64,000 bases of DNA from Antedon mediterranea. Lineage: Eukaryota; Animalia; Echinodermata. The stretch covers positions 9,796,001-9,860,000 of the forward strand of contig NC_092680.1 of the NCBI RefSeq assembly GCF_964355755.1, written 5' to 3'. Position numbers and translations under genes: made by a program. This document shows, in pieces, positions 1-12,500 of the stretch. Position 1 is the first letter of the stretch; every line of letters starts with the position of its first letter. A model generated the notes under the pieces. That model searched no databases and had not been told where the DNA came from. It was given only the letters and a program-made list of their open reading frames with translations.

Positions 1-308
1 ACAACTTTCTTATCCTCTAGTGTCCATGTACAGTACTGTCGAGCTACTACCAAACTGCAATCATTCAACACCCTACAGTACTCTTCTAAAAGATGCACTG
101 GGTTTTTTACAGTTTACACGAGCCAGATGTGCACCGGACCCTTGGACCTATGCCGATTTGATGGCTATAGTTTGCAACGCCCCTGCTGCCTTAACTGCTC
201 TGCCACTCGACTCAACAAACTTTTCTATCCGCAGATGTAAACTTTATGCCCCAATAATATGCTATAGGCAAATAAGATATTTATTTAACATAATTTAATT
301 AATTCTAG

Positions 309-3097
309 ATGGTGATTACTTCTGCTACACAAAACTTGAGCCTGTTGGTGTATGCGGGGCTATCATTCCATGGAATTATCCAATCGATATGCTAGGGTGG
401 AAGTTAGGCCCCGCAATAGCATGTGGGAATACAATGGTTATTAAGCCAGCAGAACAGACACCACTCACAGCCATTTTTATTGGTTCACTAATCAAAGAGG
501 TACATTCCTATCAATCAATTTTACTAAATAGTAAACATTCTAGCATGACAATACAATTGTTGGGCAAATAATTTTTTTTAGTCTAATACTTATGTTTTTT
601 GTAAACCTAGGCTGGCTTTCCACCAGGTGTTATTAACATCATTCCAGGATATGGTCCAACAGCTGGAGCAGCAATTAGTGAGCATATGAATGTTGATAAG
701 GTGGCATTCACAGGTTCAACTGAGGTACTATTAGATAACATCCTTATTGTATACTGTTTTATTTAAAGATTTGCAAACCGTTTGCCCCATGCCTGCAGAA
801 ACAATGCAATCTTCTTCACAGAAATTATTATTTTACTTGGTATCAATTACGTCAGAGAAGGACAAAATATCTGACTAATTAACTTAACTCCTTGACACAA
901 AAGTTACTTAACTAGCTAGACATAGTAATGTTCAACTTATGTAAGCCCCTCCCTCTAAATAGTTATGCTAATCAAAGTATATTTTATTGTGCAATTTATA
1001 ATAGGTCGGTCATCTGATCCAGCAAGCAGCAGGAAAAAGCAATTTGAAGAGAGTGTCTCTGGAGATGGGTGGAAAAAGTCCAAACATTGTATTTGCAGAC
1101 AGTGATGGTAACGTTTTATATTATAACATCAATACTTGAAGTTGCATAATAGCAGTTTAGTGGCAATGCAGCTTGCCTTCCAATCCCAAGGTCGATTATT
1201 CAATAGTGACTTAATGGCAGGTTTCAATCCTGAACTGGTTGCCAGAGTTCAATCCTGACCTGGTTGCCAGAGTTCAATCCTGAAGTTTATAAGCATGATT
1301 TAGTTTATCATTCATCCTGTAATTGGCTAATTACGGTTTGTTGAATGCGTTAAAATAAACTAAATTAAAAAACCTATTATTCTATGTACTATAGTGGATT
1401 TTGCCGTCGATGAGGCCCATGAAGCCGTCTTTTGTAATGTGGGCCAATGCTGCTCTGCAGGTTCCCGTACATTTGTCCAAGAGGGGATCTATGATGAGTT
1501 TGTGAAGAAAAGTGTGCAGAAAGCAAACGCTAGGGTTATTGGAGATCCGTATGTTGATGGTACCCAATCAGGCCCTCAGGTAAATATTACCCTGCTGTTG
1601 ATTATGAGCATATGCAAATTTATACGGAGAGGGGAAAACTTTTTATTTTTTAGAAGGTGAAAACTGGAAAAAGGGTTTTTCTTTTCCAACATCCTGGATC
1701 CACCACTCTTGATGAGGGTGATAATGCTGAAGATGATTTTGATGAGTAACATAAATTTAAATATTTGTCACCACTATTTATTAATGTTTGTATTGAAATT
1801 GTTTCACAGATTGATCAAGAACAGTTTGATAAAGTTCTTGGAAAAATTGAATCTGGTAAAAAAGATGGTGCCACATTGTCGTGTGGTGGTAGTCGTCATG
1901 GTGACAAAGGCTACTTCTTGCAGTCAACTGTGTTTTCTGATGTCACTGATGACATGACTATTGCCAAAGAAGAGGTAGGCTAAGATTGATTTGTTGACAA
2001 AATGCATTTACATGTTTATAATTGATAGTACTGTAGTACACATTTGCAATCCTCTTAATAGTGGTGTCCCAAATGGTTCTACTGTATACAATTGAAAGGA
2101 AATAAGGGGTTTATTTAATAGTTGTTACTTTACAATATATTTAGCAGTTTCTGGTATTTTGCACTCTTTTAAGATTTTTGGACCTGTGCAAGTTATTTTG
2201 AAATTCAAGAATATTGAAGAGGTCATTGAGCGTGCTCATAAGACACATTATGGCCTAGCAGGAGCAGTATTCACAAAAGATATTGATGTTGCTATGACAG
2301 TGGCACACAGTCTAAAAGCTGGAACCGTATGGTAAAGCATTGAGTATTCGGAAATGACTTGCTACTATTGTAAACTTAAATGCTATATTCACAGTGTTTT
2401 GGTACTTTAAATTATATTCGATTTATTCAAAATAGAACACTTTCCGCGGTCCATATTTTAACATACACTAACCGTAGTTACATTTCTTGTATTTTCAGGG
2501 TGAATTGCTACAATGTGGGCGGACCTTCCACTCCTTTTGGTGGATACAAGCAGTCTGGTTTTGGTAGAGATTTGTAAGTTCAAATGTTCATGTTTCAAGT
2601 ATATAAAGTGCAAAGTACCAGGTGATATAAATCGGTCAATAAATATCGAATGATTATGTTTGTTTTTCAGGGGAGAAGATTCTTTGAAAGAATACCATGA
2701 GGTTAAAACTGTAAGTCAGTCTACTTTCATGTACACTAAAAAAACATCTATAGATAACATCTTAATACGAAGTAGCATTTTATTAATAGTGGAGGTATCT
2801 CCTTAATAGGATTGTCCCCAGTTACGAATGCACAGCGCAAAGGCCCCTGGTTTAGGACTCATGAGGGACCCTCCAACGCTGGGTAGTTAAATTAGACTGT
2901 TCATGCTCTGGGGCCCTTGAGCTCAAGGGCTCCTAGGTTTGGCCAATGAGCGCTCATAGCCGTTACACCACTGATTGTCCCCTAAATAGGGTTGATTGTA
3001 GTGGGATCATTACAAAAAGGTCTTTATACCAAACAAATACTTTGTTGGGTTTTTCTACTTGCAGGTTATCATCAAGGTGCCACAGAAGAACTCATAA
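309..3097 (+). CDS. ALDH1A: Aldehyde dehydrogenase, ALDH1A/ALDH2 family (ALDH1A-like); 3' nine coding exons, 5' part outside the window
   Basis: GT-AG exons 309-499, 611-724, 1005-1107, 1395-1579, 1810-1974, 2174-2331, 2499-2573, 2671-2710 and 3065-3097 splice into one frame. Motifs: [32 protein letters not shown] (catalytic Glu), GQCCSAGSR (catalytic Cys), [17 protein letters not shown]-terminus is [14 protein letters not shown]. Assignment to ALDH1A rather than ALDH2 is inferred from GQCCS (ALDH2 has GQCCC) and from intron positions. Confidence 0.93.
1147..1283 (+). repeat. tRNA-derived SINE-like remnant with tandemly repeated B-box segment
   Basis: A-box-like TAGCAGTTTAGTGG, then TTCCA, then about 2.5 copies of a 25-bp unit containing GTTCAATCC. 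A related sequence lies on the - strand near 37310-37375. Confidence 0.4.
2819..2973. mobile_element. hAT-type MITE nested in a Tc1/mariner-type MITE in the last ALDH intron
   Basis: CAGT...ACTG ends, flanked by an exact 8-bp duplication ATTGTCCC (2811-2818 and 2974-2981). The host MITE resembles copies at about 2030-2086, 10897-11041 and 59486-59646. Confidence 0.7.
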
Positions 3098-3522
3098 ATC
3101 ACAGTTGATCAGTATTTTAAAAATAATGTAGCAAACTGCTTTCAATGAAAATATTGTTTGTCTCATTTATTAATTAATATGTATATCAAATAACCAAATG
3201 GTGGAGCTATTATGTTTAAAGAAAATACAGTATTATTAATGCATGCATTTGTTTTGCCTCTCTTCATCCAACTTTATCATTTTTTTTTTATAGAATTTAA
3301 TTTTTGTTGGCAAAAACCTGAAATCTATGATATTTCAAAGTGTGTTTACATATAAATAACAATGGATGAATTTATGTTAAGCATGCTACTGCCAACAAAC
3401 AGAAAATAGATATTAAATTTCCACTGAATTAGCAAAAATATATATTTTTTTTGTTTTGTCCATTTTATGAAATTCAGAATTACTGTTGTCTCTTTATATC
3501 GGTGTCCATAAACGAAGTGTTA

Positions 3523-6500
3523 TCAATCAAGATTTGATAGCGCCTTGCTCCAAACAGCAAACTTCTTGAATGGTGTCGTGTGCCTCAATGAATAAACACA
3601 TTCTGTATAAAAGAAACATGATAAAGTTATTTATAGTCCAACGTCCCGAGATATCAGGAGGTATTTTTTCTAATATACTATTCCATGCACATCTTTCATG
3701 ACTTGTCGGAAGAGGACCAGGACATTACTGTACAGTTTATCACTTTGGTAAAAACACAAGCCCACACTCCTTAAACATAAAAAAAGAGGATTAAAGTATT
3801 CGAGAGGGGCTGATACCCTGGTTGACATCAGTAAAGAAATGGGTATTATACTAATTTCTTGAAATATGAAACGCATTCTACTAACCCTTAAGAGTAACTT
3901 TCAAGGTGGGTGACAACATGTGACTGGCATCTTTCAATAAGGTAATTAACCAATCTATGATCTGTAAGTTTAAAATAAACAATTATCATCCAAATTAAAA
4001 TGTATTATTCATATTATAATTATTATTAAACTGTTACACAATACAAAAACCTTACCTTGTCAATTATTTGATTCCAAGGGGTAAGATTTAACAAATTTAC
4101 AAGTGATGCTGGTAACTGAGCCACTAGTTCTTGACAGATAAAAACCTCCATTGATCTACATCCCACTGAACCATAATCTAAAACTATATCCTTTTCAGTA
4201 TTAAACTCCAGTGGAACACTAAGGTTTGTGATGTTTGTTGGCGAAGACCAGGCAGTTACAGCTGCAGTGAATACCTTTATTAAAAATTGAACCGGCTGTG
4301 GTAAAAAAAAACACTATTTATTATCTAACTGGTGAAGAAGAATTTACATAAAGAAGGTGCAACAGCAGTTATAGTAACTGTTCATATGCCTATTGCTTGC
4401 TCCTGGCAAGATTGTACTTGATGACATGCCGAATAAATATTATTAACAAAAATAATATTTTCACCCTTGAAAAATTCCCATCATTCTTCGACCCTTCCTG
4501 TTTACAAGTTGCAACGTTGTGAATATGCCCCATTAGTTCCAATAACCAATTGAGGCGACTCAAATCATTTATTTGCTCATTGTTGATAGAAGCAGACCTA
4601 GAGAGGCTGCTTAAAATATACCATAACAAAACCTGCTGTTCAGCCTCACTACAATTCATTGCCACATCTGTAAATAAATAATAGGGTACATTTATTTTGA
4701 ATTGTTTTAGTTTATAATATCATATCTAATGTTGTCATCAGGTTCATATTTACATATACAGTATGTTCAAAATAAACTATTCAATACAAATACATATTTT
4801 TTTTTATCTACTAAAAAGCACAAAATTATTTAAAACAACTTTTACCAATACAAGGATTGAGCCAAACAAGTGGCTGTTTGCCCACTGTGTGTGACCTGAT
4901 GAATGTTGACCTTATTAAGTTTTTCTCTGCTTCAGGAGAGGTCAACCTATCAATGACCTCACCAGGAAGTTGACAAACACAATCTGACAGCAAAATACAT
5001 TGATAGTTCTATAGAAAATAAAAACATAGGACATAATAATATACAAAAAATATGCCTATTTCTATATATAAATTCAAGTTTTTATCACATGCAATGACAT
5101 AGAATACACTTATATGTACCACATCACGTTGCTCACAAACCGATATTAGCTTGTTTTAATGTGAAAAACTACCTAAAAATGTATTGTCCCTCTGAAAAAA
5201 TAATTCTTTAAATTTTTGTTTTATGCCATTTTAATATAACATAAATAGTTACCCACTTTGACCAAAAACTGAATCGACAAAAATGTATTTACCTGAAAAA
5301 AACTAATTTAAAGCAAAAAAAAATGTTGGTTGAATTTAACCATTTATTTTGTCATTTTATAAGTGAAAACATTATTTTTTGTCCACGGAAGTGATTAACT
5401 TGATTAAAACTACAAAATAACCTATTCAAAGGCTGATTTAATTTATTTTCATTTTTCATGTTTTTGGGGGACAATACATCTTCTGTGAGATCTTTCTCCA
5501 TCCAAAATGGTCACCAGGTCACAAAAGCAAGCTGTTAAGTAATCTAATTCTGTAGTAATCTTGTTCATTTTTGTTTCATGCAAATCTTAAAATGTTCGAA
5601 CCTCCAAATAAAACAATCTTTGAAAATGAAAAACTTTCTCTTGAAGCTCTTCATACCATAAAAATCACATTCAAAGAATACCAGAATTTGTATTAGGCCA
5701 GCCCAATGGCATCTGATATTGAGAAACTCGACTGAATCAAAACAAATGTTACCTCAATATTTCGTGGAAGTGTAAAATAAATAGTTTCCACAGCTTGATA
5801 AAGTAGATATGTAACAGATTGTGGAGGGTCAGGTACTGCTAATGCTGCTTTTAATCCCTCCAGTACTGATGCACAAAGTGTAACAGTGACTGGACTGAAG
5901 TTGGTAAATGGTTCAAGTATGCTTGTGGCCAAGAAGAACTTTAGCTTGGCCAGGGGCATTGTTTTTATCAGAACTGGTAGTGAATTGTACAGAAGCTCCT
6001 TTTCTTTGGCCTGTAAAACAGATTAACTTCTTATATACCCACTGTTATTATTTGCAAATTATATGAAATGATAGTGTGTAGCAACATTTCAAAATAAAAA
6101 TGTTTTCATCTGTGAATAATGTCAAATATTGTAGGCCTACAGTAGTTCATGTCTTCATGGCCCATTGGAAATGAATGTTCTTGATTATGTAATTAAAATG
6201 TACTCCCCTGTAATGTGTTAAATAATGACGAGCCTGTCCAAGCAGTTAGAAATAGTGATGCATTTGGTGAAGATACACATTCCCTCAATGCCAACTGCAG
6301 ACACAAAACATGCACTGAGGTTCCTAGTAAAAAAACAATTACATTTACCTAAGTTACACAGCAGCATTGTTGTGTTTTCATTATTATCTGCCTTTAATTC
6401 ATGTTAAATACTCATCATCATTGTACTGCTTTTCCAGCAGTATTTAAATAGTGACATTTGTAGTCGTTACTACTGTACAGTATATCAAAATCAAAATAAA

Positions 6501-9500
6501 TATATATATAAAATAAACAAAAAAACATTACCAAATGCAAGCCTCTTAATTGGTGATAGTACCCCAGCCCAATTGAGGGGTGGCAGAACAGTTTCGCACC
6601 CCTGCCAAAGTGCTTTCATAAGTACTTCCAATCTAGCTGGTAACAGGCCTTCAGATCCAAGCTTGCCTGCTTCAATCAACATGTCAATTGCACTTCGTAG
6701 AATACTTGATTCTGGAAGTTGGTTGTAAGTTGTTGAAGCTGAAAGAAAATTATATTATGTTATCTATATATTAATGCTACTAAATTTTTCGTATAATTTT
6801 ACATATCTCCTCCGAAACCACAAGTTTGAATCTGCAATATGTGATAATAAGTATCAACGTTTAAACCAAAAAATTAAAACTAGACCACAATGTAATTACA
6901 AAACTAGCAAAAAAGATATCAAACCTCGCACAAAGAAATTGTAAAATATAAAAACCATTGAAATAAAAAAAAACAAACACGCACACACAAATAAAACGAA
7001 TCCAAAGGTGTGTCGTGTTTCCACAAAATATCAAATAAAAATACACACCGTGCATCATCTAATTTCGACTACCATGTTCACTTTTTGTGTTGATTTCAAA
7101 GTCCACGGCTGTAGTTTTATTATTCCAATACTTCACATCTTAATTCTTACCAATTAATATTTTATCAGTAAAATGTTTTAATCTGTCGACTGATTGGCAA
7201 CGTGCATGTCCCTCTCATACACATTGTCACTTTTTGATGCGCACCCTAGATTAATATTCACACAGCACAAAGTCCCATATCCAGTATTGCTTTCATTTTG
7301 TAGAAAACAACTTAACAATTTGTGTTTCCACAGCAATATGTTTTTCATTCGATTTATTTTATCTATATGTATCAAATAATTAATACACCACGAAAAAAAC
7401 ACCCAAAATAACATAGTTTGGCATTTTATACTTTCGTTAGTGTTTGCACGCACATACTAATTCACACAGCACAATTTTTCTTTAGCATCTTTTATTTTCG
7501 TAAAGTCTGAACAGTCAAAAGGTAAAGTCTAAAGTTCCATATCCAGTATTGCTTTCATTTTTGAGTTTACAGATATTTCAAAGTGAAGGGATAGTGAATA
7601 ACAAAATTAGCGGAAGTAAAATAGTTAATTTTATTTTTGATACAATTTATTTTTATTTTAATAATTATAAGTACTTTTATCAGAGTGCACTTTGCAAGGT
7701 GCAGATGAGTGAACAACCAATCATTACTGCAATTAAATTGAATTATTACTATACCTGAAGCCATTGACGGCATGGACAGTGTTACCAAATAAACATAGCC
7801 TAGAAACCAGGAAGATTGACTCTGTAAGGTCATATCAGAATTGTCATTCATCAGCTGTAATGCAATTATTTATTATAATAAATCATTACAATGTATTACA
7901 TTGGTGCGGTAAGTCTATGGTTCTTTTAGTTTATTATTTTTCTTTAATGTACTTAAAGTCAGATATATTTTTAAACATTTTCTAAATGTATATTTACAAG
8001 TATCATTTGCTTAACAAGCTTAGTTGTTTTTGCATTGATGTCAGCAGGTAAAGTGGATTCTGAGATACCATACACAAGAGCACCTGGGCCAGCTAATAAT
8101 GCTGATAGTCCATTTATTGCTGCAAGCCTTTCTGGTGTTTCAATAGTCTTTAAAGGAAAATAAATATATCAATTCAATCACAAATGTTAATGTGGATGTC
8201 AGTGGAAATTATACTATTGTACTATACTTACCCATTGTACAAAAAAATGTACTGTAAATTATTTTTTCCATACACATCCAACATGGATTGCCATACAGGA
8301 TAGATAAACTATATCATGCTTATATTTAATGTCTCACTGTTATGGCATCATCTGTAACTCGGTGTCATAATATTATGTATCTGATTTCCTATGGTTAGAT
8401 AAAGGATGCTTCAGACTAGGTCTGCTTAATTTATGAGCCAATCAGAATAGTAGAATTTTGGTGGGAAACTTTTGGAAGGCAACATTTGATCCTCCTCAGA
8501 AGCCCCTAATTTGCATGTCAAGTATAAGTAGTAAAATGTTATCATAGATATTAGAGAAAAAGAGAATATAAGATGATAGTAGAAAGACGTATAGAGAAGA
8601 AAGGTCTAGACTGATAGAAAGTTGTATTAATTCGGAGTTCAAAGAAATAAAAGTTTAGTTGAATACAGTATACTTTTTGTATGTGGAATCATTTTGGCAG
8701 TCAGTGTACGGTCTCGTGGATTTAATACGCCAGAGAAAGCATACGCTCGGAACTGACTATATAAAACCCACTACACTCGGAATAACGCAATATTAACAGG
8801 TTTTAACTGCACAATGTTTAATTGCTGGAAGTTCATTTACCTTATTCTTATCTATATTAATAAACAGCTTTATACCTTATCATCGACTCTGCCAAACCAA
8901 TCTGTGCACACCTTGTTGTAACATTCAACAACCTGTGGATAATTAGCCCTGAGCAAGCTATGTAGCAGTAAACCCAGACTTAATGAGAACATACTGGATG
9001 TCTCATGACTAGATTGAAGTGAAAGCATTTTGGTAACCACATCCAGTACAACATCCTTTGAGGCAAGATTGGCAGCAAACAGAGATGCTGTTACACAGCT
9101 GATGCACATTAACAAACCCTGAAATATAACATTAACAAGCAAAAATTATGAATAAGGGACAATGAAACAGCAAGATAAAGAGAAGAAACCTATGCCTCTC
9201 ACAAGCAAGTTACTCTACAGCATATCACCAAAGTTATTTTGTACATACCTGGTTTAGATTGTTTTCATCACTGTCTAGCCTGGACTTAAGTTTACCAAAC
9301 ACAGAAGAGAGATGCACTCTAGTTTGTGTCGATCCATCATGACACATTCCCACCAATGCTAACATAAGGCCTAGGTAATTTCCAACGTTTTCCATATCAT
9401 TCACAAGGCATAGTTCTTCAAGTCTGTCCAGTGCCTTCATTATCATTAGTTTTCCCTGTATAGGGTAACATAAAGTTAGATTTAATGCATTGAAAAAAAA

Positions 9501-12500
9501 CTTTTGCACAATCCAACAGCTTGGGTATGTTCAAATTGTATGGTTCTCTGGTTTAAACAAATAATTGTTATTTAGGGAAGAATTTAGAGCAGTCCTGTTT
9601 CAGGAGTGATGGAAAAATGTGAAATACTTTGAAAAATGTAAAATATTTTGTTTGAATACTAAGTATTTGAGACAATAAATATTTAAGAATTTCCTTTAAT
9701 TGGTATTCACAATAGATGGGGAGATTGTTTTTAATTGTGGGTCTGGGTGTTTTAGCCTAACTGAAAGAGCCTACATGAGATATGATTTTTTTTTCTCAAC
9801 TTTAGTGCCCCAGATTTATATTTTGTTTTTAAACTTTGAAAATTAGTAAACTAAAGGTCTACTTACTTCTTGGTCAGTAACATCTATAAACCTTTCCTCA
9901 TATAATGTTTTAAGAAGAAATCCAAGCCCTAAGCTGACATGAGAAATATGAGTGTCTGCCAGATCTTTCTGTGGTAACTCTGCACATAAACAGTCCACCA
10001 TCTTGAATATCAACTCTGAGTGATTTGTTGTTAAAACAGGCACTAGAGTACACAGAGCCAATGCAGCACATGATTTTACAACAGGGCTTACAGACGATTG
10101 TCCTCGTCTCTCCGAAGATCTCTTCAAAATTAAAAAAAATGATGAAACATTTTGATATTCATACAAGAACAGTATATCTGATGATTATATTATAAATCCA
10201 AAGGCAAATTACTGAAAAATGACGATTCTGTGGGTATCAGTGGCTGGATCTCAATGAAGATACAAAATAAAATAAGAAAAAGCTAAATCAAAAAAAGTAA
10301 AACAGTCAGAAAAATAGCAGAGTTTTCGGGCAACACTAGCTCTTTATCAATGCAAGTGAGAGTACTTTGTTTGACAAAGTAGATAGATTAGATTATATGT
10401 ATTTTTATCAAATACTTGGCTCTCTGAAAACGCCTGACATTTCTTGAGGTCCAAAAGGTCACAAATACTTTTTTACTATTAAAAACACATTTCAAATACC
10501 AACATTCCTGTGACATATTACAAGGATATCTGATATTTGGAGAGTTTTCTACTTACTAACCTGACACCATGAAAAAACTCGTTTTTTTGCTTTGTAGTTA
10601 TTATTCACAAGACATAACACAGTTTCTGCTGCAGTCTCCAGCCAAAAGTTTTGACCCATGTGTTCAGGGGCATCCGATTGGTTTTTTTGTGCATCTGAGC
10701 CCAGACTGTTTGCATGCTTGGTGCTTACACAGGCTAGCGATGCTAGGGCTAGGATTGAGTTTGCTTGAGCACTTGGATTTCCTCTAGATTAAAAAAATGT
10801 ATCTATAATCATGGTTTTCATGATTCTGGATAGCTTATGATAAAAAAGGCTAGAAATGATCTGATAAAGGGTTTTGGCATCCATCCAAAAAAATTGCAGT
10901 AAAGCCCATCCATTGGGACATCTTTATTAGGGGGACACTTTAATGTGAAATGAACATTAAGGCCAAGCCTTATTTGGAGGACACTCCTATTAAGGGCACA
11001 CTTTGGTCCCAAAGGTGTCCCTTAATAGAGGTTCTAATGTATGAGTGATTTACCTGGCACAAGATTTGAGGATGTCTGTTAGCTTATCACGTGTCCATAA
11101 CCAGGCTATACTCTGTGCTGTTTCAAGATCATCATCCTCTTCATCACGGTGACCATGACTTTGTTGAATCTCCAGTTCTGCTTTCCTTCCCTGAAGGAAT
11201 AAAGTTTGTCATACATGATTGTTCTATAATGTGTTATCCACCAATTTTAAACAATAAATCGTAATTTAAGCTCTGTCTACGCTATCAAACTTTATGTATC
11301 AAATTTTGTTGTCACATAAAGTTTGATAGTGTAGACAGATCTTAAAATGATTAATGGGGAGACTAGGTAAATTGTATGAGCTGTTGAGACAATAAAGTGA
11401 ATTCTCTAACCTCTAATATAGAAAAATAAGACCTTTCCACAAAGTTCTTCCATGAAATTGGTAGATGCAGTGATTGGAACCATTCTGAGGATTGAATAGG
11501 TACCTAAGAAATAAAAAAAAAGTTTTGCTAAATAAAACATACTGAAATCTTCACTCAAGCAGTCTTCGTCATATGAAACAAAATCATTCTTCTCAATGTC
11601 TACTACCAACACATACAGTTAAAGAACCTTCATTTGCATACTATTGAATATTCTATTATTGGTTTTTTTGCCACTGAAAATATTATCTTGCCCTTTTTCC
11701 TTCGGAAGAAGGAAATATAAGTATGCATGACGTACACTTTCAATTTGCACAAATAAATTAACATACTGTAGTAAAACATTCTTAATTCACCTCATTGACT
11801 AAAGTGGTTAGCATTTGCTGATAACCTCGTCCTGAGCTGGCAATATGGCGTCTTTCTAATTTTCCATCTCTGCCAGCACTATGTATAGAATCAAAACAAC
11901 ACAACAACCCACCTAGAAAACAAGAAAAAACAATTCAAATTTAAAGACAGAAAACTAATAACTAATCTGTGAAAGCACATGAAAAATATAGCTGCGGTTT
12001 TCTTCAATAGGCTCAGAATTAAGTTTTAGTTCCATTAGTAAATGGAAAAATCAATACCTTGTTAGTTTAGTCCAATTGTAAATGGTGCAATCTAATAAAA
12101 GTTAAGATATCTATAACTGAATGCTTCCCTCTATTTATTCAGTACCTGCAAGGCCCGCCTTCAAGCCTGGTTGCTTATTCCGTTCATATTTGTTTTTAAG
12201 AATCCCAGAGATAGTAGAAACAGCTTTGTTGTCGGACTTCTCATTAATAGACTGTTTCATATCACTTGCATGATAGATACTCCGAGGTAAATCCTTCACT
12301 TCCTTTTGTACCATAGATGTTAAAAAACATCCAAAATCTGTAAAAAAAAAATTTTTTAAATGGCACATATTTTTGCATAAAAATATAGTTACAACCTAAA
12401 AGAATGAAAATATCAAACATATAAATATAATCAAAGTGGCGTCATGATCAATAAGAACAATAAAATCGTTGTATCATCACGATACAATTGCGCATACTAA

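Noticed and set aside
20-298. 92-aa ORF at the window start
   Set aside because: It has no ALDH similarity or recognisable motif and lies in the intron upstream of exon 309.
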